Part shown: piece by piece, positions 1 to 10,078 of the stretch
Layout of the letters: each line of letters opens with the position of its first letter
Numbering within the stretch: the first letter of the stretch is position 1
Source: an uncultured Phycisphaerales bacterium
GTDB lineage: Bacteria; Planctomycetota; Phycisphaerae; Tepidisphaerales; Tepidisphaeraceae
Length of the DNA: 64,000 nt
Reading direction: 5' to 3'
NCBI GenBank assembly: GCA_963844715.1
Contig: CAWJPJ010000005.1
Location: forward strand, 192,001-256,000
The notes under the pieces: model-generated
What the model saw: the letters and a program-made list of their open reading frames with translations, nothing else
Database searches by the model: none
What the model was told of the DNA's origin: nothing
Program-made: the position numbers and the translations under genes

Positions 1-279
1 TCCATGGAAGATCAGCCCCACGTTTTCGAGCGATTTTTCCGGGCCGACAAAGCCCGCTCGCGCGAGTCGGGCGGCTGCGGCCTCGGGCTGGCGATCTGCC
101 AAAGCATCGTCCTGGCCCACGGCGGAAGCATCTCGTTCTCCAGCGAGCCGGGCAAAGGGACCCAATTCACGGTGAGATTGCCCATCTGCCGCGACGAACG
201 CCCCATCTCAACCCCGGTCCCGGTATCAGCAGAAGGATCTGAACCATGCACAAACGAAAAAACTCCATCGAACGTGTAA
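1..279 (+). CDS. Sensor histidine kinase, C-terminal HATPase fragment (starts upstream of window)
   Basis: Translation has F box 'VFERFFRAD', G2 box 'GCGLGLAIC' and 'HGGSI...GKGTQFTV'. Confidence 0.9.
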   Translation, partial: SMEDQPHVFERFFRADKARSRESGGCGLGLAICQSIVLAHGGSISFSSEPGKGTQFTVRLPICRDERPISTPVPVSAEGSEPCTNEKTPSNV

Positions 280-317
280 AAGCGAATCTCGACGAAAGCG
301 GCAACAATCCCTCCAGT

Positions 318-356
318 CCCCTCCCTCTGTACTCAGGGGGAGGGCTAGGGAGGGGG
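318..356. repeat. REP-like GC-rich palindromic intergenic repeat
   Basis: CCCCTCCCTCTG-TACT-CAGGGGGAGGG hairpin followed by CTAGGGAGGGGG, just after the kinase stop. A possibly related degenerate copy lies at about 26191-26235. Confidence 0.6.
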
Positions 357-368
357 TTCCGCGGCACG

Positions 369-1427
369 TTGACGAGACGTTCATCGCGCAATTCAATCTG
401 CCCCGGCCACGACTTCCCCCTCATCGAGGCGATAGAAAGCCGAACTCTACTTTCGGGCGATGTATTTTTGGGCCATCTCGCCCTGGAAATTTCGCCGGAT
501 GTCCGCGGCCCGGCATTGCATCTTTCGCACGAAATCCGCGTGGCCAACGCGACCGCGGTCACGCCGGATTTTGATGTCGCCCCGGTTCTTTCGGCCGGCC
601 CCATCGCGCACGCGGCGGCGTTTGGCGGGCAATCGGGACAGGGCCAGGGTCTCTTCATTTCGCCAGGCGCCATCTTCGCGTATGAAACCGGTGGCGGGCA
701 ATTCGCTTCTGGGCAGAACTGGTCGGACGATTCGTTTTATCTCAGCGGCTATCAGCGTCCCGAGCCGCCAATGATGGGCGGCGGATTCTTCGCCCCCCCG
801 GGAATGGTCACCGGGATCACCATCACAATCAGTGAATCCGGAGGCTCGGTAACGACGGCTTCGCCCGTTGAGCCCGGCTCGCCGGTAGCGGCAGGCAGAC
901 CCGCCTCGACTCCGAAAACGACCGCCGCCGCGCCGCTGCTGGCGGGGAACGCAACGACGCAAACCGTTCTGGCTTCGCCGCGCCCGGTGCAGAATGTCCT
1001 GAGTCAATCGGCTGCGCCCGTCGCTCCGCCCGCCGCCAGCGCGCCGAAACAGGATCCGTCAATTCCAGTCGCGGCTCCGAGCGCCGGTATCACGACCTAC
1101 GAACCTCGCCCGACGCAAAACGATCCCCCGAATTCCATTTTCACGATCGTCTCCTCCGAAATCGCCGACGCCGTCGCGGCCAGGCAAGTCACCCTGATGC
1201 AAGAAACCATCGCCCCCGCCGTGGAAACCACCGCGGCTGTGACCGAACAATTCCTCATAGCCGAGGCAGGCGCATTGGCTCGGGTCGCGAACAACGCCGC
1301 CGCCAGAATCCACTCCGAAAACAATCTGATCTGGTGGGAAACGGCCGCGTTGCTCGGATCCGTCCTGCTGATCAGCTACGCCGCCAATTTGAGATCGCCA
1401 CAAAAAGGCAATGGGGAGCCATTATAG
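369..1427 (+). CDS. Exported/membrane-anchored protein with planctomycete LEPRxLL-type N-terminal motif
   Basis: Probable TTG start at 369. 'IEAIESRTLLSG' motif, Pro/Ala/Thr-rich linker, C-terminal hydrophobic helix 'IWWETAALLGSVLLISYA'. Confidence 0.65.
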   Translation: MTRRSSRNSICPGHDFPLIEAIESRTLLSGDVFLGHLALEISPDVRGPALHLSHEIRVANATAVTPDFDVAPVLSAGPIAHAAAFGGQSGQGQGLFISPGAIFAYETGGGQFASGQNWSDDSFYLSGYQRPEPPMMGGGFFAPPGMVTGITITISESGGSVTTASPVEPGSPVAAGRPASTPKTTAAAPLLAGNATTQTVLASPRPVQNVLSQSAAPVAPPAASAPKQDPSIPVAAPSAGITTYEPRPTQNDPPNSIFTIVSSEIADAVAARQVTLMQETIAPAVETTAAVTEQFLIAEAGALARVANNAAARIHSENNLIWWETAALLGSVLLISYAANLRSPQKGNGEPL

Positions 1428-1502
1428 ATTTAACCACGGATGGGCGCGGATGAACGCGGATGGAATGGCGAGTTACCAGCCGCCCGCGAGTCGACGCCTT
1501 GA

Positions 1503-2332
1503 CTAGGGCCTGTCTGATGAATCCAAAATCCTGAAATAGCGACGGATCATGGCGAGCTTGGCCATGGCCTGAAAGTTCACCGCCAGTTTCTCGTAACGCG
1601 TGCCCAGGCGGCGATTCTCCTTCATCCAATTCACGCAACGCTCCACCACGTTCCGTCGGCGATACGCCTTGCGATCAAAGTTCTCCTGCGGCGGCTGATT
1701 CGATTTCGCCGGGATCACCGCTTGGATTCGGTGGCGACGCAGCCATCGCCGCACATTTCCGTAACTGTATCCCTTGTCGCCCGCCAGCCTCCTGGGGCGA
1801 CGACGGCGGCGACCGATGCGCATCGCGTTCATCACCGGCTCCACGTACCGGCTCTCGTGGCATTGGCCGGCGCTGGCCTCGACGGCGAGCGGAACTCCCT
1901 GGCCGTCAGTAACCAGGTGGAGCTTGCTGCCCCACCCGCCTCGGCTGCGGCCCAACGCGTGATCCGCCGGTTCTTCCGGGGCGGTTTTGATTTTCTGGCT
2001 CCGGCGGCGGATCGACTGGCTCGCACATTGGTGCCGTCGATGCACCACAGGTCCCAGTCGATTCGTCCTTGCTTGTCCAACCTCATCTGCAGCCGCTGGA
2101 GGATTCGATCAATCGTTCCGTCCTTTCTCCAGCGGTTGAAGCGGTCGTAGACGCTTTGCCATCTGCCGTAACGTTCGGGCATCTCGCGCCATTGAGCGCC
2201 CGAGTGCAGAATCCAGAACATGCCGTTGAGCGTGGTGCGGTGGTCGTTCCACTGCCCGCCGCGCTTGCCGTTGCCGGGCAGCAGATCGCCGATCAACTCG
2301 TACTGCTCATCCGTGAGCTCATAACGTCGCAT
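1503..2332 (-). CDS. IS5-family transposase, OrfA+OrfB joined by a -1 frameshift
   Basis: OrfA 'MRRYELTDEQ...GAQWREMPERYGRWQSVYDRFNRW...IDGT'. OrfB 'LGRSRGGWGSKLH...LAGDKGY...YRRRNVVERC...LGTRYEK'. GAGGTG RBS before ATG 2332. Confidence 0.92.
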
Positions 2333-2391
2333 CCGTGACACCTCGTCTGAAAACCGCTATTTATAACCAAAAGCGATTCATCAGACAGGCC
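1507..2391 (-). mobile_element. IS5-family insertion sequence (IS427-like, two-ORF), copy 1
   Basis: Perfect 17-bp terminal inverted repeats GGCCTGTCTGATGAATC (1507-1523 / 2375-2391), flanked by CTAG at 1503-1506 and 2392-2395. Confidence 0.95.
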
Positions 2392-2777
2392 CTAGCAACT
2401 GGCAACTAGCCGCAGGGCCGCCGTGGCGGCCAACTAGCAACTCAACTCCTAATCTTCGAACCGCGTTTTTCGCACTGCCCAGCGTCGCCAAACCATTTGA
2501 CCACCAATGCCGATACTAAAGAACGCGTCTTCATCGCGAATCATCGCATGGTCCCGCGCTCTTCTCCTCCAACCTCCGCGTTCTCCGCGTCTCTGCGGTT
2601 CAATTCGCATTGAATTCCCGTCCGTTCAGCCCCCCAAAACCCCCCTCACCCCAATCGCCCCGGCTTGCCCCGGCCGCCGATCGCAGCGAAAGTGTCAACT
2701 TTTGTCCGATATTGTCCGCGGATAGAATGAATCGGCTATTGGCGTCATCGCGTTCCGGCGGTTCGGAACTCGAATTC

Positions 2778-2851
2778 GCCCGCGTAGCTCAGTTGGATAG
2801 AGCGCTGGTTTCCTAAACCGGAGGTCACAGGTTCGACTCCTGTCGCGGGTA
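2778..2851 (+). tRNA. tRNA-Arg (anticodon CCT)
   Basis: Cloverleaf: acceptor GCCCGCG/CGCGGGT, D-arm GCTC..GAGC, anticodon stem CTGGT/ACCGG with loop TTCCTAA, T-arm ACAGG-TTCGACT-CCTGT. CCA not encoded. Confidence 0.95.
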
Positions 2852-2859
2852 TGATTGTG

Positions 2860-4385
2860 ATGGAACGAACAGCCAGATTGCGAGCCAGGCGAACCGCCGG
2901 GGCGGTTTTGCGCTATAGCATGGCCGTCGGGCTCTCCCTCCTGGCGGCGGGGATTGCCTGGCTAATGAACCCGATCGTCGGGCAGAGCACCGAGCCGATC
3001 TTTTTTGCCGCCGTCATGCTTGCCGCCTGGGTCGGGGGGTTAGGGCCGGGGCTCGTCGCCACCGCCGTGTCGGGATACCTCAGCGGGTACTATTTCTTTC
3101 TCAATCCCGTCGGCTCCGTCGGCTTTGGATGGGACGACATTCTGCGGCTGATCATCTTCTGTCTGGTCGCCTTGCTGATCAGTTCGCTCACCTCCCTGCG
3201 AAAGCGCGCCGAGGCGGCCTTGCAGCGGGCCAACGATCAGTTGGAAGTGCGCATCGAACAGCGGACCGCCGAATTGCGCCGATCCAACGAACTGCTTTTG
3301 CAAAGCGAGGAACGATTCCGCCTGCTGGTGGATGGCGTCGCCGACTACGCCCTGGTGATGCTCGACGCCGCGGGGCAGATCATAAGCTGGAATCCCGGCG
3401 CCGAGCGCATTTTCGCGTTTCAGCAGGAATTTGCCGTCGGGCGCGACTCCGCGGCGTTGTACATCCCCGAAGACATTTCCAAGGGAAAGCCCGCCGCAAA
3501 TTTGCGCGAGGCCCTTCAGCACAATCGCTATGAGGAAGAAGGATGGCGCGTGCGCGGCGATGGCCAGCGCTTCTGGGCCAACGTGATCACCACAACCCTG
3601 CGCGATGAGAGCGGCAAGCCCGCCGGTTTCGCGCAGGTCACGCGCGACATCACCGAGCTGCGCTCCCTCGAGCGCGAGCTGCTCGAGATCAGCGACCGCC
3701 AGCAAATGATCATCGGACACGAACTGCACGACGGCATCGGCCAGGAACTCACCGGCATCGCGCGTATTGACCCAGAATCTCCGCCAGCGTCTGGCCGCCT
3801 ACGATGAGACGGAGAGCGCCGAGGCGGGGAGAATCGCCAACCTGGCGAATCGAACCCTCGAGCAAGTGCGAAAACTGGCCCGCGGGCTTTCGGCCGTGGA
3901 CCTCGATCCCGAGGCGATGGTGGCCGCCTTGCGGGATATGGGGGTGAAAGTTCAGGCGTCGCTGGGCCGGCCGTGCGTGGTGACGATCAAAGGGATGCCG
4001 AAATGGACGGATACGTCGGTTTCCCTGCATTTGTTCCGAATTGCCCAGGAAGCGGTGAGCAATGCGGTTCGCCATGCGAATCCCAAGCAGATTCGCATCG
4101 AAATGGTTACAATGACTGACAGTGTGACGCTGGCGGTGCATGACGACGGCGTCGGGCTTCCTCCCGCCGGGAGTCGGCGCAAGGGGATGGGATTCAGCGT
4201 CATGCAATACCGCTCCCGCCTGATCGGAGCGGCGCCTGGAAATTCGCAGCGGCGCCGGCGGGACTTCGGTGATTTGTACCTGTCCGATCCAACAAAACGA
4301 TGACACAAACACCAACATCCGCAAAGAAACCGGTCATGGCGAAAGATCCGAACCAGGAGCGCTCTTGAGTTCTGCTGGTGGATGA
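2860..4385 (+). CDS. Membrane sensor histidine kinase (DUF4118-like TM + PAS + HisKA_3 + HATPase), frameshifted near 3765 and 4235
   Basis: Four TM segments, PAS 'IISWNPGAERIF', H-box 'IGHELHDGIGQEL', N-box 'LFRIAQEAVSNAVRHA', 'VHDDGVG..GMGF'. End coordinate approximate. Confidence 0.85.
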
Positions 4386-5009
4386 CCATCCAATCGTTCG
4401 CGAGGGCCTGATGGCCCGCATCGAATTGGAGGGGGATTTAACCGTCTGCGCCATGGCCGAATCGGCGCAGGAAGCCATGCGCAAGCTTCCGGAAACCAAT
4501 CCCGATCTGGTGGTGACGGACCTCTCTTTATCCGGAAAACCAGGGCTGGAATTGGTCAAGGAGATCCGCGCCGCCCGGCCGCTGCTGCCGATCCTGGTCC
4601 TCTCGATTCACGATGAAGAATTGTGGGCCGAGCGCGTGATTCGCGCCGGCGCCCAGGGTTACGTCATGAAAGCGCAGGCCACGGACAAGGTCATGGACGC
4701 GATCCGCCGCGTGCTGGCCGGCGGTTTGTGGCTAAGCGAAAAGATGAATGCGGCATTGCTGGGACGGATCGCCCAAGGACGCTCCCCGGCGCGGCCAGTC
4801 CCCTGGCGGGATTGTCTGATCGCGAGTTGGAAGTATTCCAGATGATCGGGCAAGGGCTCTCGATGAAGGAAATCGCCGCCCATCTATTTTCGAGCGCCAA
4901 GACGGTGGAGGTTCATCGAGAGCACATCAAGGAAAAACTGGGCCTCAAGAGCAGTGCCGATCTATTAAGGTATGCCGTAACCCACGCTTTGGGTGAACCA
5001 CAGGCATAA
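4300..5009 (+). CDS. NarL/FixJ-family response regulator (REC + LuxR HTH), with in-frame TGA at 4366 and frameshift near 4790
   Basis: 'VLLVDDHPIVREGL', 'PDLVVTDLSL', 'LSDRELEVFQMIGQGLSMKEIA...KTVEVHREHIKEKLG'. Confidence 0.85.
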
Positions 5010-5326
5010 GATTTTTCCCTATACACGGATAGGCAAAAAATACACCGGCATTCCGCAGCAATTTTATTTGTCGGCGTCAGAGTGTCGTGTATGTTTGCGT
5101 AGCCTGTTTGGGTGCCCTCTGCGTCCGGAACCCCAAGGGGGGGCCGGATTCGGAATCACTTCGGCAGGTTTTTTGGTCGGCCAGGGGTTCAAGTCTAATC
5201 TAATCGCGCGTCCCGAATTGGACCCAGCAGACACTCCGTACCAATTGGCGTTCCTGTGGGCTGGTAATCGCGCCTTTCTCACCTGCAACTGGTCCACCCT
5301 GAGCCACGTCGAAGGGCAACCAACAA

Positions 5327-6156
5327 CTAGGGCCTGTCTGATGAATCCAAAATCCTGAAATAGCGACGGATCATGGCGAGCTTGGCCATGGCCTGAAAGT
5401 TCACCGCCAGTTTCTCGTAACGCGTGCCCAGGCGGCGATTCTCCTTCATCCAATTCACGCAACGCTCCACCACGTTCCGTCGGCGATACGCCTTGCGATC
5501 AAAGTTCTCCTGCGGCGGCTGATTCGATTTCGCCGGGATCACCGCTTGGATTCGGTGGCGACGCAGCCATCGCCGCACATTTCCGTAACTGTATCCCTTG
5601 TCGCCCGCCAGCCTCCTGGGGCGACGACGGCGGCGACCGATGCGCATCGCGTTCATCACCGGCTCCACGTACCGGCTCTCGTGGCATTGGCCGGCGCTGG
5701 CCTCGACGGCGAGCGGAACTCCCTGGCCGTCAGTAACCAGGTGGAGCTTGCTGCCCCACCCGCCTCGGCTGCGGCCCAACGCGTGATCCGCCGGTTCTTC
5801 CGGGGCGGTTTTGATTTTCTGGCTCCGGCGGCGGATCGACTGGCTCGCACATTGGTGCCGTCGATGCACCACAGGTCCCAGTCGATTCGTCCTTGCTTGT
5901 CCAACCTCATCTGCAGCCGCTGGAGGATTCGATCAATCGTTCCGTCCTTTCTCCAGCGGTTGAAGCGGTCGTAGACGCTTTGCCATCTGCCGTAACGTTC
6001 GGGCATCTCGCGCCATTGAGCGCCCGAGTGCAGAATCCAGAACATGCCGTTGAGCGTGGTGCGGTGGTCGTTCCACTGCCCGCCGCGCTTGCCGTTGCCG
6101 GGCAGCAGATCGCCGATCAACTCGTACTGCTCATCCGTGAGCTCATAACGTCGCAT
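5327..6156 (-). CDS. IS5-family transposase, OrfA+OrfB (copy 2)
   Basis: Translations identical to copy 1. Confidence 0.92.
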
Positions 6157-6215
6157 CCGTGACACCTCGTCTGAAAACCGCTATTTATAACCAAAAGCGA
6201 TTCATCAGACAGGCC
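5331..6215 (-). mobile_element. IS5-family insertion sequence, copy 2 (same orientation, apparently identical to copy 1)
   Basis: Same 17-bp TIRs, CTAG at 5327-5330 and 6216-6219. All internal ORF translations match copy 1 at offset 3824. Confidence 0.95.
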
Positions 6216-6661
6216 CTAGCAACTCGATCCAATCTTAATCCTAATCTCTGAGGGCGCTCTGCCGGGAAATTCAATTTAACCACGGATAGAGCACCGATGC
6301 GCACGGATTTAACTCCTTCGGATCCGCATTTTTAATCGGTGCGCAAGAATCGCTGTTTTTTTTCCGTGACCGACTCGCTAACTCAATTCGGACAAACTCA
6401 GGAAACCCTGGGGCAGACACGTGTTTAACGATTTCGACAAATAGGTGACTGTCCTTCCGGACGCGTCCCGTCGCTCCGGACGCGTCCCTCCGGACGGACT
6501 CTTCGGACTTAAAGTGTAACCTTTTGGCGAAAAATGTCCGCGGCTATTCCAAATCGCGCAGACAAGCGGCGTATTTCTGATCGTAGCGCGCACGACGTCC
6601 CACGGCGTTTGATTTCAGTTGCGCGTCGATCTATCTTGCCCACACTATCCAGGAAAAATCG

Positions 6662-7860
6662 ATGCAACAGGAGCAATCGGGGTTGGATTTTCTAAGCCGG
6701 TGGCTGGAGTCAATCGAACGGCGGTTCGGACGAGCAGGATCGCTCCTGATTATCGCGATTTGCATTTCCATCCTTTCGCTTTTCTTTGCCTATCCGGTCG
6801 AGCTCCTCAAGTCGTTTGTTGCAGCGACGGCGAGTCAAACGCCTAACGAACGATTTTCGAGGATCTACTTGCCGCTGAGCCGCGATCCCTGGCACACGAC
6901 ATTTTCGACCGCCGCGTATCAAGCGGTTCGGCATCGAATTTTGGGCCCGGTGATCGCCTGGTGCCTGGGGTTGCGCGGGCCGAGCAGCGCGGTGATTCCG
7001 ATTCTGGCCAATCCGCTGATCTACATGGCAAGCTTTGTTCTGCTGAAGAAAAAGACCAACGCAGTGATCGCGTTCTTATCGACGGCGATTCTCAGCCTGA
7101 CGCTGGTATGCGTGACCAGTCAGGTTTGGATGGGCTATCAAGACAGTCTGGCCAATTTGTTTCTGCTTCTGTCGCTGCTGATTGAATCGCCGGCCCTGTC
7201 GGCGCTGTGCGTCTTTGTGGGGATGCTCGCGGACGAGCGGATTCTGGCGGCGGGGATGCTGGTGCTCATGTGGCATGCCCAGGATCGCCAGACTTGGGCG
7301 GAGCGGCGCAGGGATGCCCTTCGGCGCGGCGCGTGGCTGGTGGCCAGCGCGGCGTTGTGGTGCATCTACATGATGGGCCAGAAGTATTTTACGGGACGAA
7401 CTTTCACGCCGGTTATTCCGCGGCCAGGCGTGACTTCATGAAGTATTTCTGGAACATCTGGCCGTCCTGGTATTACGCTTTGCGACTCGGTTGGTTGCTG
7501 CCGGCGCTGGCGGTTTGGGTTTGGGCGGCCTCGAAGAAGCGTTGGGCGGCGCCATTGCTGATCCTGTCGGTGCTCCCGGTTTTTGTGGCGGCGATCCAGG
7601 TGTACGACGTGAGCCGAGTGGGATCGTTCGCGTTTCCGGCCATGCTCATCGCGGTCGTCGCGCTGTATCGGCATCGCGTGCGATATTTGGAGCCGCTGCT
7701 GGCCATGGTGCTGCTGGGGCAAATTTTGTCGCCGAATTACATCGGTTATGGAGAATGGCTCCAGTTGGTTTCGCCGCTGCCGACGGTGATGGCGGATGAG
7801 CTTTCGCATCATTTCGATCCTTCCCCGAAATTGACGTCGGCAACCGTGCATGTTCGATGA
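6662..7860 (+). CDS. Polytopic membrane protein (possibly GT-C-like), frameshifted near 7400
   Basis: Two abutting hydrophobic ORFs (6662-7441 and the C-terminal part of 7207-7860), about 10 TM segments. 'HRILGP', 'GYQDSL', 'LADER', 'YDVSR' motifs. Confidence 0.6.
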
Positions 7861-7931
7861 GGAATTGGTCGGGTCTGGCGCGGGCTTTTCGATGAGATTA
7901 TCAGGCGGAAATGTGCGGGCGGCTAATTTCC

Positions 7932-7960
7932 TTGACAATGACAGGACCAGCACTTAACGT
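7932..7960 (+). promoter_or_regulatory. Putative sigma70 promoter of the TPS operon
   Basis: TTGACA-N17-TAACGT upstream of the TpsB gene. Confidence 0.5.
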
Positions 7961-8073
7961 GATTTTTGCCCGGCTGCGGTGGTGTTGTTTGGGGCGGCCG
8001 GGCGATGGGGGAGTTCAAAGCGAAACCGACGGGTGGTTTCCCGCCATTTTTGAAACGGGAAACCGAGGACGAA

Positions 8074-10053
8074 ATGGCGTTACCTAGAAGCCTGTTTAGC
8101 AACGGCTACGGCAAACGTCGCGAATTCTCCTTGCGCCGGTTTGGGTCCGCGGCATCACTCTCCATTTCCATTTTTGCGATAGTCGGTTTCGGGTTCATTC
8201 GCCCGGCGAAGGCGACGGATCTGACCGACGATGAGAAGGCGCCGATATTGGGCGTTTCGAGCGTGCAGGTTCGCTACGCGGCAGCGGCGGCGGTGAGGAA
8301 AGAAGCGCTCCCGCCGATCGAGGATGTGGAAGATTTGCAAATCACGCTGGGGACGATCGACCGGCGCGAGGGGACGGTTTACGTCAAGGCATCGGGAAGT
8401 TCCTCAATCGAGGGAGGGGAACTGACGCAAATCCGGCTGGGGGACATTGGGACGCTGCCCGACCATCGATTCACGCCCAGCGCGATGCGGAGCATTTCAG
8501 AGCAGATCACGGCGTATTTGAATTCGCGGGGGATCGCGGGGGTGTATGTGGACCCGTCGGCGACGGATGTCGGGGCGGCGGAGCGCAACGAGGGAATGCG
8601 GCCGGTACTGGTGCACTTTGATATTCACGTGGCGGTGGTTCGGAAAGTTCAGACGGTGGAAGTTGGAGAGTACTACCCGGGGGTGGATTCAAATGGGCAT
8701 GGGAAAATCAACAACGCGCTGGATCAGACCATCGTCGATCATTCGCCGGTGCAATCGGCTACGCAGGACATCATGCATCAGAATGACGTGGACGATTATG
8801 TGCTGATGCTGAATCGGCAGCCGGGGCGCCAGGTTGATGCGACGCTGGAATCGGGGCAGGGGCCGGATTCGGTGAACCTGGATTATCTGGTTTCGCGCAG
8901 CAAGCCGTGGGACATTTATGGACAGGTTTCGAATACGGGGACGAAAGAGACGAACTCGTGGATCGAGCGGGTTGGTTTGATCGACAACCAACTCACGGGC
9001 AATGACGACACAATGAGCATCGATTATTCGACGGCGGGGTTTGACAAAGAAAACGATGTGAATGTTTTCTATGAAAAGCCGTTTTTGGGATTGCCGCGGA
9101 CGCGGGGGCGGATTTCGGTGGGGTATGAGCAATTCAACGCCTCGGATTTGGGCGACCAGAGCGTGAATTTTCACGGCGATACGACGTCGGTCGGGGCGCA
9201 GATCTCACAGAATATTTTTCAATATCGGGAATTGTTTCTGGATGTGATCGCGGGGACGCACTTTGAGGCGATTCACGTGGATAACACCACGGAGGATATT
9301 TCCGGGCGCGGGAACTTCTTCATGCCGTTCGTCACGCTGCATATGGAGCGGACCGTGCAGATCGATTCGGTTTCGGCGGATGTGACCAGCATGGGGAGCT
9401 TGTCTGATTCGAGCCAGGCGACTCGCGACGCGCTGGGGCGTGTGAGTGCGGTGCAGGATGCGCTGATTTATCAGGGGGATGTGGATTACTCGCTGTTTTT
9501 GGAGCCGCTGCTGGACGGCAAATCATTCGAGGCGGGGCGGAGCATTCTGGCCAATGAGTGCGCGTTCAGCTTGAAGGGGCAATACTCGTGCAATCAGCGA
9601 TTGATTGCCGAGGAGCAATACGTGGCCGGGGGTTTGTACACGGTTCGGGGTTATCCGCAGTCGATCGCGGCGGGAGACTCGGCGTGGGTGGCGACGGCGG
9701 AATATCGGCTGCATATCCCGCGCGTATTTGGCGTCGAGCCGCAACCGGGGCAGCTTTTCGGGGAACCGTTCCGATGGGCGCCGCAGCAGACCTATGGGAA
9801 GCCGGATTGGGATTGCATGTTCCGGGCATTTGTGGATTCGGGGCAGGTTTACAATTCGGGGCGGGAGGATTTTGAAACGAACGCGACGTTGGTCGGAATT
9901 GGCGTGGGCCTGGAATTGCAATACAAGGATAATGCGGACATTCGGGTGGATTTGGGGCGTGCGATGACGCCGATCAAGGATACGCAGACTGGGCAGACGT
10001 TGGTGAGCCGAGGCAGTCAGCAGGTGAATGTGGTTTTCACGTTGAAGCTTTAA
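8074..10053 (+). CDS. TpsB / ShlB-FhaC-HecB family two-partner secretion outer-membrane transporter
   Basis: POTRA-like 'ITAYLNSRGI', 'VSNTGTKET', 'NQLTGNDD', loop-6 motif 'EQYVAGGLYTVRGY', 'AFVDSGQV', 'GIGVGLEL'. GAGGA RBS before ATG 8074. Confidence 0.9.
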   Translation: MALPRSLFSNGYGKRREFSLRRFGSAASLSISIFAIVGFGFIRPAKATDLTDDEKAPILGVSSVQVRYAAAAAVRKEALPPIEDVEDLQITLGTIDRREGTVYVKASGSSSIEGGELTQIRLGDIGTLPDHRFTPSAMRSISEQITAYLNSRGIAGVYVDPSATDVGAAERNEGMRPVLVHFDIHVAVVRKVQTVEVGEYYPGVDSNGHGKINNALDQTIVDHSPVQSATQDIMHQNDVDDYVLMLNRQPGRQVDATLESGQGPDSVNLDYLVSRSKPWDIYGQVSNTGTKETNSWIERVGLIDNQLTGNDDTMSIDYSTAGFDKENDVNVFYEKPFLGLPRTRGRISVGYEQFNASDLGDQSVNFHGDTTSVGAQISQNIFQYRELFLDVIAGTHFEAIHVDNTTEDISGRGNFFMPFVTLHMERTVQIDSVSADVTSMGSLSDSSQATRDALGRVSAVQDALIYQGDVDYSLFLEPLLDGKSFEAGRSILANECAFSLKGQYSCNQRLIAEEQYVAGGLYTVRGYPQSIAAGDSAWVATAEYRLHIPRVFGVEPQPGQLFGEPFRWAPQQTYGKPDWDCMFRAFVDSGQVYNSGREDFETNATLVGIGVGLELQYKDNADIRVDLGRAMTPIKDTQTGQTLVSRGSQQVNVVFTLKL

Positions 10054-10078
10054 AGGTCGCTATTGGAGGTGGCCGGCG

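Noticed and set aside
4366..4368. In-frame TGA in the response regulator as selenocysteine or recoding
   Set aside because: The position normally holds a basic residue before 'VLLVDDH' (CGA to TGA), there is no evident SECIS, and TGA is a normal stop elsewhere.
5010..5326. Structured ncRNA upstream of IS copy 2
   Set aside because: Some hairpin potential (TCCGG..CCCC/GGGG..CCGGA) but no family I can recognise. It needs an Rfam scan.
1503..6219. Composite transposon carrying tRNA-Arg and a two-component system
   Set aside because: Each IS has its own CTAG duplication, so independent insertions explain the layout. Nothing shows they moved together.
6219..6661. oriC call
   Set aside because: Only weak DnaA-box-like 9-mers and no dnaA/dnaN nearby. 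Kept only as a skew observation.
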